Origin: Pseudomonadota bacterium | GTDB taxonomy: Bacteria > Pseudomonadota > Gammaproteobacteria > Burkholderiales > Chitinibacteraceae | Direction of reading: 5' to 3' | Assembly: GCA_018261735.1 (NCBI GenBank) | Contig: JAGTRM010000008.1 | Span: 21,595-85,594 of the forward strand | DNA length: 64,000 bases | Shown here: piece by piece, positions 36,296-47,629 of the stretch | Position numbering within the stretch: the first letter of the stretch is position 1 | Layout of the letters: each line of letters starts with the position of its first letter | Translations under genes and position numbers: made by a program | Notes under the pieces: model-generated | What the model saw: only the letters and a program-made list of their open reading frames with translations | The model's database searches: none | Told to the model about the DNA's origin: nothing

Positions 36296-39145
36296 TTACT
36301 GCTTGACGACGGCGATATTGGAGACAATGGCTTTTCCGGCAACCCCGGTAAAGTCCAGTTTCAGCGAACCATTGCTGACCGTAACATTAAAGCTCCGTGC
36401 AATAGCCGTTTTGTTCGCACCAGCCGCGCTGAAGATATCCAGATTGGCGATTTGATTTACGCCATTGGCATCTACATTGAAGACCCGTGCTCCCGTTGCG
36501 GTCGCAGTCGGCTCAAGGAAGCCCAGCGTGACCTTGTAAGAGCCATTCGCCAGTGGAATCTGATAGCTGAACGCACTGCCTTCGCGCCACATATCCCACA
36601 CTCTGCCCGTGTCAGGAACTGTGGTGCTGCCCAGTCCGTTAATCACCACGTTGCCACTCAAGCCAATCGCACCGCGGCCCGGTGGGACAGGTAATTCCCC
36701 ACCCACGAAGAAGTTATCCGAACCGTAGGTATGGCTGCCCAGCAGCGAGTCCGTCGACTTGAAGCCCGTGGTCAACTGGCCGGCTGCAATATAGATATTG
36801 CTGCCATTATCAGCCGACAGATTCCAGGTCGCCGTGTCGGTGACCGTCTTGCCGGAATGGGTGCCGACGGCAGAAATGCTGTTGCTACCGGTCGCCAGGC
36901 TGACATTCTTGAACTCGCAGACCTTCAGCGGGCAATCCACAGCGGTCTTGGTTCCGACAGCCTTCCCATTCACATTCAAAGTCACCGAGTCGGCGTTGCT
37001 GTACAGCTTGATGTCGGTCACCGGATAGGCACGCTGGGTATAACGACGGTTAGCAATATAGGTTACCGGCTCAGAGGTCCAGTTTGCCTTGTAGAAGAAG
37101 AACGGATCCTTCTTGGTCTTGCGATCAAAGGTGACCAAGCCTTTGGTATTGGTGGCGCCGACATCGCCTTCATGACGCACGCCCGAGCCGAAGTCGAACA
37201 TGTTCCAGACATAAGTGCCATAAACATATTCTTTCCCGACCATGGCTGCATATTGCTTTTCATGCACATAGCCGGCATAGCCTTCCGGCTGATAACAAAT
37301 CCGGGCTGAGCTGCTACCATCGGCTGAACAAACTCGGCCGCCGTAAACATTGTCCGTGTGGTGGGTGATCGCCGCACCAGCGCCATATTCGGAAACACCA
37401 ATGGCTTGAGTCGGATTTTGCGTATGCAAATCGTCCAGATGCGTGGCAAGCTGGGTTTCCGAGGTGCCGTAATACCATTGGAAATAGCGGTTGACGCTAT
37501 ACGTATCGGTAATGCCTGCGACCGAAACTGGATCCGGCAAAACCGTATCGCCACTACGAGTTATCTGGGCAGCCAGCGTCGTGGCGCGGCCCGGGTCTTC
37601 GGCTTTCGCCAGGTTATGCAGACTCGTCAACAAGGCCGTTACGTTGTTGTTGCTCTGCGTTTGGCCGCAGGTTGCCGCTGCCATTGTCGTTGTTTCATTA
37701 CCGACCGACCACAGTCCGATCGAGGCACGATTGTATTGCTGGCGAATCAATTCTTGCGCCTGCAAGCGCGCGTTGGCAGCAAAGCCGGTTGTTTCCGGAT
37801 CGACATTCCCTTGCGAGCAGTTTGTATAGGTGGCGTAGGCACTCGAATTGACAAACGGCACCTCTGCCATCACGACCAGGCCCAGCTTGTCTGCCTGTTG
37901 GTAGGTATAAGAAGCATGCGGGTAGTGCGCCAAACGGATCGTGTTCGCGCCGATTTCTTTCACCATGGCCAACGATTCGTCGGTCTCGGCATTGCTGATC
38001 GCCCAAGCTTTGCCCAGATAATCCTGATGCATGTTCACGCCATGCAGCGGGATCGATTTGCCGTTGAGGAAGAAACCCTTGTTCGGATCAAACGACATCT
38101 GGCGGATACCAAAGTCCTGAACCACCTTGTCTATCGTCGTTCCCGCGCTGTTCTTCAGTTCGACCACCAGCTTGTACAGATAGGGATCAGCCACGCCCTG
38201 CCACAAATGCGCCGATTCAACCGTCATGTCCAGCGAGGCCAGCACATCGGCGCCGGCTTTGACGTAAATATCCTTTTTCTGGACGGCTTTCTTCAGTGTT
38301 TTGCCATCCGCCTCCAGCAAGGAGGCTTGCACGATATAGCTGCCATCGACCGTTGAATCATTTTTCAGCTTGCCGACGACATTAACGGTGGCAGTACCAC
38401 TGGTGACCGCAGTAGTACGGGCATACACGCCGGCGCCCGCGACATATTGCGTGATGTCATTGCCGCTGGTGTCTTTGGAAGTGACCGACTCATTCAAGGC
38501 GAAGTGCGCTTTGTCTTGCGTCGACACCAGCGACACGCCACGGTAAAGACCGCCGGCCATGTTGAAATCGCCGGAAAACGGTGCAATCGCCGTGATTGAA
38601 CTATTGGAGGTCGGTGCAGTATTGTTGACCTTAACCAGCAGGACATTCTTGCCCGATCTCAGCTTGTTGGTCACGTCAAACCGGAAGGCGGTAAAAGCGC
38701 CTTTGTGCTGACCGAGTTTTACACCATTGAGCCAGACATCGGCCACGATGCTGGCGCCATCGAATTGCAGCCATTGCGTTGCCGTGCTGCTTGTTGCATC
38801 GAATTCGAGTTTGTACCACCCCAATCCGCGCTTGTAATCTTTGGAGGTCGGGCTGGTTTGCGCAGTCTGCGCGGCATCGTTGGCATTCCAGGTATGCGGC
38901 AGCGTGACATCGGACCAGCCATTTCCGCTATTCGCCAATGCATCCGCCTCGCTGAGCGAATCGTCCTGGACAAACTTCCAGCCTTGCAACAGCGACGTCG
39001 TCGTGCGCAGTTCTGTTGAGTTGACTGCAACTTCTTGCGTCACATCTTGCCCGTCACCGCCACCGCACGCGACAAGACCCAAAGCCAATGCGGCAGTTAC
39101 AGCCAGCGCTATGGCCGTTTTTTTTGTAGTAAGCTGGTCCAACAT
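36296..39145 (-). CDS. Glycoside hydrolase family 2 lipoprotein with C-terminal malectin-like domain
   Basis: Lipobox LVACGG. GH2 sugar-binding, Ig-like and TIM-barrel regions (NTIRLAHYP, WSVGNE). The C-terminal ~170 aa are malectin-like (RVFNVDANG..LDIFSAAG). Confidence 0.85.
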   Translation of the reverse strand: MLDQLTTKKTAIALAVTAALALGLVACGGGDGQDVTQEVAVNSTELRTTTSLLQGWKFVQDDSLSEADALANSGNGWSDVTLPHTWNANDAAQTAQTSPTSKDYKRGLGWYKLEFDATSSTATQWLQFDGASIVADVWLNGVKLGQHKGAFTAFRFDVTNKLRSGKNVLLVKVNNTAPTSNSSITAIAPFSGDFNMAGGLYRGVSLVSTQDKAHFALNESVTSKDTSGNDITQYVAGAGVYARTTAVTSGTATVNVVGKLKNDSTVDGSYIVQASLLEADGKTLKKAVQKKDIYVKAGADVLASLDMTVESAHLWQGVADPYLYKLVVELKNSAGTTIDKVVQDFGIRQMSFDPNKGFFLNGKSIPLHGVNMHQDYLGKAWAISNAETDESLAMVKEIGANTIRLAHYPHASYTYQQADKLGLVVMAEVPFVNSSAYATYTNCSQGNVDPETTGFAANARLQAQELIRQQYNRASIGLWSVGNETTTMAAATCGQTQSNNNVTALLTSLHNLAKAEDPGRATTLAAQITRSGDTVLPDPVSVAGITDTYSVNRYFQWYYGTSETQLATHLDDLHTQNPTQAIGVSEYGAGAAITHHTDNVYGGRVCSADGSSSARICYQPEGYAGYVHEKQYAAMVGKEYVYGTYVWNMFDFGSGVRHEGDVGATNTKGLVTFDRKTKKDPFFFYKANWTSEPVTYIANRRYTQRAYPVTDIKLYSNADSVTLNVNGKAVGTKTAVDCPLKVCEFKNVSLATGSNSISAVGTHSGKTVTDTATWNLSADNGSNIYIAAGQLTTGFKSTDSLLGSHTYGSDNFFVGGELPVPPGRGAIGLSGNVVINGLGSTTVPDTGRVWDMWREGSAFSYQIPLANGSYKVTLGFLEPTATATGARVFNVDANGVNQIANLDIFSAAGANKTAIARSFNVTVSNGSLKLDFTGVAGKAIVSNIAVVKQ

Positions 39146-39456
39146 TCTATTTCTCCTCGTCCCTCGGAATTGATTAAGGCGACACCAGTGGCCAAACCAA
39201 CACGCAGAACTAGCGTGCTTTGACAGGAGTTCGCAGGATAGGCGGCGTGAATTTTTACCCTAGTGTCGCCTCGCCATTCTTGCCCCTGCAAAAATCCGCA
39301 GTCCATCGCATAGTTCGCAAGGTTAGTTGCGCTTAATGCAAGAGTTATCAGCAGAGCCATCTGTTAGTATTTCCTGATACCTAGTGGGCCCATTACGCCG
39401 GGAAGCTCAAACTAGTTGCTGCTTTAAGATGTAAATCCATCGAAAGTGATTCAGAG

Positions 39457-40362
39457 ATGAATGATCGACAGCTCAACTACTTCATAGTCATTGCGGAAGA
39501 GGGGAATCTGGGTCGTGCGGCAGAGCGGCTGCCTTTGTCGCTGTCAGCGCTTTCCCGGCAGATCCAGTCGCTGGAAGAAGAGTTGGGTGCTACGCTGTTT
39601 GTTCGCACGGTATCGGGTGTTGAACTGACCCAAGCGGGAGAAGCCCTGCTGCAACATGCACGTACATTGCGTGCGCAATTCGCATTGACTCGTAACGATG
39701 TGCAGCGTGCCGGCAAAGCGGTGCTCGGGCGGTTGGATGTGGGCTGTTTTGGTTCTGCGCTCCTGAATTACATTCCACAGATATTGAAAACATTCACCGA
39801 CAGCCATCCCGGGACGGAGGTCCTGCTCCATACAGCGCCGATACCACAGCAGTTCGAATACCTGCATCAAGGCCGGACGCTGATTTCGTTTGATCGATTC
39901 ACACAGGTTCCGCCGGAATTCGCCATTGAACTGGCTTGCCGGGATACGTTGATATTGGCCCTGCCTGAGAACCATCCGCTGGCTTATCAATCGGTGGTGC
40001 ATTTTGAAGAGCTGCGCGATGTACCCATGATCGGGAGACAGGATGCTAAAAATCACACCCCGGAGGCGTTCGCTGCGCAGGAGCATTACGGATTCCAATT
40101 GCGGGTTGTTCAGGGCGTTCAGGACATGGTTTCCGCCGTGGCCATGGTGGGATGCGGTTTTGGCCCGGCGATCGTGCCTTCATCGCTGCAACACTTGCGC
40201 ATCCCGAACGTGGTGTACCGTCCGTTGCTGACCGAAAAGCCGCTGCCTTGCAATCTCTACTGTATTTATCGGAAAAACGAGCAGGCACCCGTGTTGCATG
40301 CCATGTTGAAAACCGTACGCCACTATTGCGCCGAAAACCAGGGCGACAATATTTCCACCTGA
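39457..40362 (+). CDS. LysR-family transcriptional regulator
   Basis: N-terminal HTH MNDRQLNYFIVIAEEGNLGRAAERLPLSLSALSRQIQSLEEELG. Confidence 0.9.
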   Translation: MNDRQLNYFIVIAEEGNLGRAAERLPLSLSALSRQIQSLEEELGATLFVRTVSGVELTQAGEALLQHARTLRAQFALTRNDVQRAGKAVLGRLDVGCFGSALLNYIPQILKTFTDSHPGTEVLLHTAPIPQQFEYLHQGRTLISFDRFTQVPPEFAIELACRDTLILALPENHPLAYQSVVHFEELRDVPMIGRQDAKNHTPEAFAAQEHYGFQLRVVQGVQDMVSAVAMVGCGFGPAIVPSSLQHLRIPNVVYRPLLTEKPLPCNLYCIYRKNEQAPVLHAMLKTVRHYCAENQGDNIST

Positions 40363-40365
40363 AGG

Positions 40366-41742
40366 ATGACAATGAATACAAGCAAACCACTCCATTGGAC
40401 CAATGTCCTTGGTTATGGCGTGGGCGATGTTGCGAACAATTTTGCTTTCGCGATGGGCGCGCTGTTCTTGCTCCATTACTACATCGATGTGGTCGGCATT
40501 CCAGCGGCGGCGGCCGGAACAATGCTTACGGTCGTACGCATCTACGATGCGGTGATGGATCTGGTTGCCGGCCGAGTGATTGACCGGACTTCAACGCATT
40601 GGGGGCGTTTTCGACCCTTCCTGCTGTGGGGGGCTGTACCCCTGATGTTTTTGAGTGTGGCGGTCTTCTCGGTACCATCAAGCTGGGGAGCCGATGCCAA
40701 GTTGATGTATGCCTATGTGAGCTATGCATTGCTGGGAACGGCCTACTCGTTTATCAACATTCCGTATGGCGCGCTCGCCACGGTAATGACTCAGGTTCCG
40801 CGCGAACGCGCACTCTTGGGTGCCTCGCGCACCCTGATGGCAGTCTGTACGTTCAGCCTCCTGAGCATGACGCTCGGCCCCGTGGCATCCAGCCTCAAGG
40901 GGCCCGCCTTACAGACCTACCTGACTCAATTCACGCTGATTTTGGCAGTTGTAGGCGTCATGTTGTACTTGATCTGTTTCAAGAGCACACGGGAAATTGT
41001 TCAGCGTGCAGCCGAACCACCAAAGTTGAAAGACAGCCTTGCAACCCTGCTTAAAAACCGTCCGCTGCTGATGTTGTGCGCCAGTGCGTTTTGCATGTTG
41101 CTCGGGTATGCCTCGTCAGGCGCATCGTTGGTTTATTTTGCTCGCTATGAATTGGAGGATGCCAGGCAGTTTTTTATGGTCGTCGGGATCGTGACGCTAT
41201 CCGTAGCGCTGATTTCTGCACCCATCGTGCCAATGTTGGTCGGGTATATCGGCAAAAAGCACACCTTTCTACTTGGCTTGGCTGTTTCTATTCTTGGGTA
41301 TTCTTTGCTGTATTTCGCCTCAGGGGGCGACAAAGCCTGGATATACGCCTCGTTCAGTATGGCTTCATTTGGAGTCAGGATAGCCATGGCGATCATGTGG
41401 GCGCTCGAAGCCGATACCGTAGAGTACGGTGAGTGGTGTACTGGCTTACGGATCGAAGGACTGACTTATTCATTTTTTTCTTTCACCCGTAAATGCGGCC
41501 AATCATTGGGTGGCTCCATCCCAGCCTTTCTGCTTGCTGCCAGCGGCTATATCCCTAACGCTCTGGGAATGAATGAGGCTGCGAGGGAGAGTATTCTGCG
41601 GGCAGTTGCGATCGTGCCAGCCCTGGCTTTTTTGACTGCTTTCGTGATCATGCTGCTCTATCCCCTCACCGACCAGCGTTTTGCCGAGCTGGTGCGTGAT
41701 ATCAAAAAACGTCGTCAGGTCAGTGCTTGTAACGTGGAATGA
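40366..41742 (+). CDS. GPH-family glycoside/pentoside/hexuronide:cation symporter
   Basis: LGYGVGDVANNF..DR..T.WGRFRPF motif typical of MelB/YicJ-type transporters. 12 TM segments. Confidence 0.85.
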   Translation: MTMNTSKPLHWTNVLGYGVGDVANNFAFAMGALFLLHYYIDVVGIPAAAAGTMLTVVRIYDAVMDLVAGRVIDRTSTHWGRFRPFLLWGAVPLMFLSVAVFSVPSSWGADAKLMYAYVSYALLGTAYSFINIPYGALATVMTQVPRERALLGASRTLMAVCTFSLLSMTLGPVASSLKGPALQTYLTQFTLILAVVGVMLYLICFKSTREIVQRAAEPPKLKDSLATLLKNRPLLMLCASAFCMLLGYASSGASLVYFARYELEDARQFFMVVGIVTLSVALISAPIVPMLVGYIGKKHTFLLGLAVSILGYSLLYFASGGDKAWIYASFSMASFGVRIAMAIMWALEADTVEYGEWCTGLRIEGLTYSFFSFTRKCGQSLGGSIPAFLLAASGYIPNALGMNEAARESILRAVAIVPALAFLTAFVIMLLYPLTDQRFAELVRDIKKRRQVSACNVE

Positions 41743-42529
41743 TGTGCAAAAGGAGCAAGGTGGCAAGGTCTGCAGACCTGTGTATTGCAGATGGATTACT
41801 AACAAAGTCTAAAAGCCCGCTTTGGACGATTTGTTCGCGTAGCCTGCCAAGCCGGTTTCAGCGTATAGCAGTCATTTGAATGGCGGCTTTGAGGCTCCAG
41901 CGAATTACTCTTAATGACCGGCTGCTGCCCGTGGCTATTGGCTAGATCTGGCCGATTGTGGTCAATATTACTCCCCCCGTTGTGGTAACGCGGGCTACAA
42001 ATACATGGCACGGCAAACCCTCTCCAAATTTCCACCAGCCTGCCGTTCATCGCTTTCCAGCAGCATACCCCGCCGCCGCGCTCGCTTGAAAGCTTACGGA
42101 TGCATTTTTGCACCATCACAACAAAACCTGCTGACCTCTCTTTAATGGCGAGAATAATTATTCCAAGACACGGCTTGCATACATCAGGAATCCCGCATGG
42201 AGCCCTCCGTCCTTCCAGGCTCAGGCCGGTATCCGATCAAAGGGGTGCAGAGCCAGTGTTTCTGCGGGTTTTCAGCCTTGACCCCGGGCGCAGCATTCCC
42301 GTTGGTAACCTTCGCCGGGGTGACGAGTTAAAACCTCACAGTGCCGGATCTATTAATTGACAAAACTCTTTCCGATCCACTTCATTCTGAACAAAAATGT
42401 TGGATTGTTATAAGAATTTTCTTTGCCTCCATATGAAAACGGTTTTTGTTTTCAAAAAATTCCAAACCATAAATACTTTATGATTTCCTCTAATCCAATC
42501 AATACAAATTGGCCAATCAGAGGAAATCC

Positions 42530-44155
42530 ATGAGTCAGTTCAGCATTGCCCGTCGCCTGCAGATCATGATTGCTACGGCCGTGATTGCCTTGCTGGTTTT
42601 AGGGCTGACAGGCTTTTACAGCGTCAACACGGTCAGTGGCGTCATGAAACATACGCAGGGAAAAACCGTCCCCGCCCTGGCTTCCGTGGCCGAGGCTGAA
42701 TCGCTGTTTATCAAGTACCACCTTGCAGTCATTCAGCACATCCAGAACGACAACATCGCCAAAGGCCCGGAGTTCGACAAGCTGATCAGTGAAACCGATC
42801 AAAAGTTGACCCGTGAGCTGGATCATTACGAAAAAGACCTGCTGAGCGATGACAAAGACAGGCAAATGCTGGCCGCCGAAAAACAACTGCTGCAGGCGTA
42901 TCGCAAGGCCAGCGCCAGTGCCCTGGATTTCTCGCGCAACTTCCTTAAGAACCCGGCGATACAAGCCGTGAATACCGAGGTTTCCCCGATCGGGGTCAAG
43001 CTGGAAGCCGCGCTCAAGGCGCGTGCCGACTACAACAGGCAGCTTGCGAGCGAGCAGGCCAATGTTTCCACCCTCGCCGCCCGCAATGCCCAAATCGTTT
43101 CCGCGGCGATCGGCTTGGCCAGTATCGCGGTGGTCATTGCCCTTGGCGTTTTTCTGGTTCGCGGCATCAATGGCTCACTGCGCAATATGGAAAACGTGAT
43201 CACCCGCATCGAAGGTGATCTGGATTTCACCCTGCGCGCCGATGCAGGCAAGAAAGACGAACTGGGCAAGATGGCCGGCCTGCTCAACCGCTTGCTGGAA
43301 ACGCTGCAAGGCAATCTGAAAACCATCACGCAGAGCGCCAGCCAGGTTGCCGGAGCCTCTGCCCAGATGGCGCAGACCTCCGATCAGGTCGCCGCCGCAT
43401 CCCAGCAGCAAAGTGCGGCCGCTTCCAGCATGGCGGCCACCGTTGAGGAAATGACCGTCAGCATCAACCACGTGGGCGACCGCGCCACGGAAGCCAATCA
43501 CCTTTCCGACGAATCCGGCAAGCTTGCCACTTCAGGCGAGAAAGTCATCAGCCAGACCGTACTGGATATCAAGGATATCGCCGAGACGGTCAGCAAGACT
43601 GCGCGGTGCATTCGTGAGCTGGAAACGCAGGGCGGCAAGATTTCTGCCGTGGTCGCCGTGATCAAGGAAGTGGCGGACCAGACCAATTTGCTGGCACTGA
43701 ATGCTGCCATCGAAGCCGCGCGCGCCGGCGAACAAGGCCGCGGTTTTGCCGTCGTGGCAGATGAAGTGCGCAAGCTGGCGGAACGCACGGCGGCCTCGAC
43801 CCAGGAAATAGCCAGCACGATCAGCACCATGCAATCCACCGCCAGCAATGCGGTGCAGGGCATGCAGGAGGCCGTGGAAAAGGTTTCGCAAGGCGTGGAG
43901 CGCGCCCATCATGCCAATGATGCCATTGCGAAAATCAGCGTGGGCAGCCGTCAGGCCGTGGGGATGGTAAGCGAGATCACCAACGCGATCCGCGAGCAGG
44001 GTGCGGCCACCAACAATATTGCGGTGCAGGTGGAAAAGATCGCGCAGATGGCCGAGGAAAGCAGCGCCGCATCGGCAGAGAGCGCCCGCGCCGCGCGTGA
44101 TCTCGACCTGTTGGCGGAAGGCATGCAAAGGATTGTGGCCAGCTACCGCCTTTGA
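42530..44155 (+). CDS. Methyl-accepting chemotaxis protein
   Basis: Trimmed to [10 protein letters not shown] (ATG 42530). 4HB-like sensor, HAMP, and the conserved signalling hairpin [35 protein letters not shown]. Confidence 0.9.
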   Translation: MSQFSIARRLQIMIATAVIALLVLGLTGFYSVNTVSGVMKHTQGKTVPALASVAEAESLFIKYHLAVIQHIQNDNIAKGPEFDKLISETDQKLTRELDHYEKDLLSDDKDRQMLAAEKQLLQAYRKASASALDFSRNFLKNPAIQAVNTEVSPIGVKLEAALKARADYNRQLASEQANVSTLAARNAQIVSAAIGLASIAVVIALGVFLVRGINGSLRNMENVITRIEGDLDFTLRADAGKKDELGKMAGLLNRLLETLQGNLKTITQSASQVAGASAQMAQTSDQVAAASQQQSAAASSMAATVEEMTVSINHVGDRATEANHLSDESGKLATSGEKVISQTVLDIKDIAETVSKTARCIRELETQGGKISAVVAVIKEVADQTNLLALNAAIEAARAGEQGRGFAVVADEVRKLAERTAASTQEIASTISTMQSTASNAVQGMQEAVEKVSQGVERAHHANDAIAKISVGSRQAVGMVSEITNAIREQGAATNNIAVQVEKIAQMAEESSAASAESARAARDLDLLAEGMQRIVASYRL

Positions 44156-44308
44156 GTGTTGCGCCACCAGGCTCAACGGTACATTGTTGAATTTTGCCGA
44201 TGCCGGAAATGTACTTGGAAGGCTTGTGAGTTATTAGTTGTACCCAGGAATCGCCCACCCCAAATATCCTTGGTTTTATCAGGGATATTTAACTTGGAGA
44301 TCATTGAA

Positions 44309-45601
44309 ATGTTCGAGAATCTTGCACAAGGGCAGCTTTTCCCTGATGAGTTACAAAAAAGTATTCGAGAAAAGTTTTTTTACGTCGAGAACGACCCGGT
44401 TATGGGCGAGCGCTTGTTTTTCGAAAACGCCGGGGGATCGCTGCGGCTGAAAGCAGCCGTTGAGGCGCATAACAGGATCGAAGCCTTGCCGGACAATCCG
44501 GGCCGATTACATGCCACGGCGCTGAAGCTGCAGGACATCCAGAATACCGGCCTCGACGATGTGCGTGTCATCTTCAATGCCCAATCGGGCAGCATTCTGA
44601 CTTCGCTCACGGCATCGCAAGTCATGTTCCAGATGACCGGTGCGATTGCCGAAAACATTCCCGGCAAGAACATCGTGACAACGAATATCGAGCATCCGTC
44701 CGCCTATGATGCGGCCAAGATGTATGCCGAAAAAATGGGCATGGAATTCCGGGTCGCCCAGGCGAATCCCCGCACGGGCGGCGTGGATGTGGAAGAGATC
44801 GTCCGGCTGATCGACAAGGACACTTGCCTGCTGAGCGTGATCTACGCCTCCAACATCTCCGGCGCCATTCTGGACATGGAAAAGATCGTCGCGGAATCGA
44901 GGAAGATCAAACCGGATTTGCACATCATCGTCGATGCCGTGCAACACTCGCCCCATGGCGTGATCGATGTGGAAAAACTGCAAATCGATGGCGCCAATTT
45001 CGCATCGTACAAATGCTTTGGCAATCGTGGTGCCGGTTTCGGCTGGGTCTCCGACCGCGTGGCGACGCTTCCGCACGACCGGCTTTTGGAAAAAGCGGCG
45101 GACAACTGGGAGCTGGGCAGCACCGTGCCGGCCATGTATGCCGCGGTGAGCGAAGTGGTTAACTATGTGTGCTGGATCGGTAGCCAGTTTAACGCCAGCC
45201 AGGACCGGCGGGCACTGTATGTCGAGGGCATGACGCGGATCAAGCTGCACGAGCGCGCGTTGCATCACCGCTTCCTGCATGGCAGCCAAGCCGTACCGGG
45301 TTTGAACGACATTGCCGGCGTGACCGTATTCTTTGACCAGACCGATCTCACGGTTCGCGATTTCATCATGGCGATTGCCATCGACGGGATTGATTACACC
45401 CAGGCGGTCAAGGAATACGAGAAAGAAGGCGTCATTGTCTACGAGCGGATCACCAGCAGTCTGTATTCGAAGCGTATGCTTGAATCCTGCGGCATGAAAG
45501 GCGCGCTCCGGGTTTCGCCCTTGCATTGCCATACCGTGGACGACATCGACCGCTTCCTGAGCGTTACGCAGAAAATCGCCCGATCATTTGCCACGCACTG
45601 A
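44309..45601 (+). CDS. Class V aminotransferase-fold PLP-dependent enzyme
   Basis: Trimmed to MFENLAQGQ (GGAG RBS). Matches cysteine-desulfurase/kynureninase-like fold features (HPSAYD, DAVQHSPHG..SYKCFG). Substrate unknown. Confidence 0.75.
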   Translation: MFENLAQGQLFPDELQKSIREKFFYVENDPVMGERLFFENAGGSLRLKAAVEAHNRIEALPDNPGRLHATALKLQDIQNTGLDDVRVIFNAQSGSILTSLTASQVMFQMTGAIAENIPGKNIVTTNIEHPSAYDAAKMYAEKMGMEFRVAQANPRTGGVDVEEIVRLIDKDTCLLSVIYASNISGAILDMEKIVAESRKIKPDLHIIVDAVQHSPHGVIDVEKLQIDGANFASYKCFGNRGAGFGWVSDRVATLPHDRLLEKAADNWELGSTVPAMYAAVSEVVNYVCWIGSQFNASQDRRALYVEGMTRIKLHERALHHRFLHGSQAVPGLNDIAGVTVFFDQTDLTVRDFIMAIAIDGIDYTQAVKEYEKEGVIVYERITSSLYSKRMLESCGMKGALRVSPLHCHTVDDIDRFLSVTQKIARSFATH

Positions 45602-45660
45602 GGGCAGACAAGCCAAGCGGGCCGCACGCAGCGCACAACCGCTTAGGATGATGATTCATG

Positions 45661-45692
45661 AAACAGCCCCCGCAAAAACGGGGGCTGTTTTT
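45661..45692. terminator. Intrinsic terminator between convergent genes
   Basis: AAACAGCCCCCG-CAAAAA-CGGGGGCTGTTTTT, with an A-tract on one side and a T-tract on the other. Confidence 0.75.
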
Positions 45693-45732
45693 ACGAACAG
45701 CGGCCTTGCCGTGAAGGCCTGTTTAATCCGGA

Positions 45733-46578
45733 TCACTCCATCGGATCGAATTTCAACTCACTGATCGGCGCAACCTTGTCGGTCCTGGTAATGCCATATT
45801 GCGTATTGGGCCCGAGCCACTTGTTCCAGATGGCCAAGAATTCCCCTGATTTCTCAAGCTTCATCAGTGCGTTGTTGACCTCGGTCGCGAAAGCCGGCTC
45901 GTTCTTGCGCAGGCCAATCCCGATCGGCTCGTAAACCATGGGTTCCGAAATGATCGCCAATTCGTCGGCGGTGCCTTTCGACTCCGCGACGTAGTTGATG
46001 GCGGACATCATGTTGCTCACAAAGCCAACCACCTCCCCTTTCTTGAGCGCCTGCAGCGCCTGATTCGCATCGTAGAAGGAAACCGGCACACCACGTTGCA
46101 GCCCGATCGATTGTTCCGAGGTGGACCCTTTCGCGGCGCTCATTTTTTGGCCTTCCAGACTCTTCAAGGTTCTGCCGGCATCAGCTTTCTTGACCAGCAA
46201 CACTTCCTTCGTCATGTAATAGGCATGGCTGTAATCGATCAATTTTGCGCGCGATTTCGTATATGCGAGATTTGCGATCACCATGTCAACGCGGCCAGCA
46301 GGCTTGAGCTCGGTAATGCGTTCTTCAACCGATAGCTGCACCACCTGCAATGGAAAACCCATTGTTCGCGCAACGGCCATGCACAAGTCCACATCCATCC
46401 CAACCAATGAACTGGATGCAGGATCGATATAAGCAAAAGGCGCAACGCCTGTCTTGATCCCGCAACGCAATTCGTTGCGCGTTTTCAAATCTTGCAATTG
46501 ATCTGCAAAAGCAGGAGCAGCAACACCGGCACAGAAACCCAACAGACACAACATAGCAGTGAGACGATTGAACTTCAT
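45733..46578 (-). CDS. Amino-acid ABC transporter substrate-binding protein (SBP_bac_3)
   Basis: Trimmed to MKFNRLTAMLCLLGFCAGVAAPAFA (signal peptide). Polar amino-acid binding-protein motifs. Confidence 0.85.
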   Translation of the reverse strand: MKFNRLTAMLCLLGFCAGVAAPAFADQLQDLKTRNELRCGIKTGVAPFAYIDPASSSLVGMDVDLCMAVARTMGFPLQVVQLSVEERITELKPAGRVDMVIANLAYTKSRAKLIDYSHAYYMTKEVLLVKKADAGRTLKSLEGQKMSAAKGSTSEQSIGLQRGVPVSFYDANQALQALKKGEVVGFVSNMMSAINYVAESKGTADELAIISEPMVYEPIGIGLRKNEPAFATEVNNALMKLEKSGEFLAIWNKWLGPNTQYGITRTDKVAPISELKFDPME

Positions 46579-46853
46579 CGCGCAAATCCTCATAGTGAGT
46601 GGGGACAAATGATCAGGAACGGAAAATAACAGGGCATGGAAAACAATTGATCCAGGCAGACACAGGCTATGCTGGTTTATTTCCCGTAACAAATAGAATT
46701 TGTGTCTGGCTCCATAGCGTACTCACATGGAGAGCCTGGCCAAATTAAATATGAACACATGAGATAAACAGAGGTGATTTTTTGGCGGAATCCGCACAAT
46801 CATGAGGGGCCACAATCACCCTCAATGATTCAATGAATTGACAGCCAACCCGG

Positions 46854-47600
46854 CTAGTCACGCACCAATGGATGATAGTCGGAAGCAATATGGGAATGCA
46901 TCGTGAAAACCGCGCCAGAAACATCGCCCGCTTTAATGGATTCAAAAATCAACAAGTGGTCTTGATAGGCATTTTCGGCGTATTCCATTTCACAGCCTAA
47001 AATCCATCGAATTCGATCAGAATGTCTGTTTATTTTTTCAATCTTTTCCCATGCCAGTTCTTGCCCGGAAATTTTGAACAAGAACGCATGCATTGATTTG
47101 TCGTGGGTGAAAAATTCCCTGGGCGAGCTGCTGGCCATTGCCCGGGCTTGATCATCGATAATTCCGGACAATTTACGCTGGTCATTCACGGAGATTTCTT
47201 GTGCCACGCCCTGGATATTGGCACATTCAAGCGCCTGGCGAATAAAACGGCACTCCCGCATGAAATTCACATCCACCGGCAAAATAACCGTGGCGGCCTG
47301 GGGGTATATCCGGACAAAATTTTCTTGTGCAAGCTGGTTTAATGCTTCACGAACCGGGGTACGGCTTACCGACAGGACATTGGCAATGGCAATTTCAGAC
47401 AGTGATGTTCCCGGCGGCAAACGAGCGCAAATGATCGCATCACGCAAGACATCCAGAATCTGATGCGAATAGCTCTGGTACGCGTTGCCATGCAGAGGAC
47501 CAAGCGCGTTTTTCAATATCTCCAAATCGGCTCTGCCACCCATGCGCAAAACCCGGCCTGATGTTTTCTTTGGCCTTGCAGACATAATGGAGTTATCCAT
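46854..47600 (-). CDS. GntR-family regulator (FadR/FCD subfamily)
   Basis: Winged HTH LSEIAIANVLSVSRTPVREAL plus a helical FCD C-domain. Confidence 0.85.
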   Translation of the reverse strand: MDNSIMSARPKKTSGRVLRMGGRADLEILKNALGPLHGNAYQSYSHQILDVLRDAIICARLPPGTSLSEIAIANVLSVSRTPVREALNQLAQENFVRIYPQAATVILPVDVNFMRECRFIRQALECANIQGVAQEISVNDQRKLSGIIDDQARAMASSSPREFFTHDKSMHAFLFKISGQELAWEKIEKINRHSDRIRWILGCEMEYAENAYQDHLLIFESIKAGDVSGAVFTMHSHIASDYHPLVRD

Positions 47601-47629
47601 GCGCCCTCAAATAAATACACATCAATTGG

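Noticed and set aside
41799-42119. 106-aa minus-strand ORF between the GPH transporter and the MCP
   Set aside because: Cys/Arg/His-rich improbable composition, no RBS and no family resemblance. Treated as non-coding.
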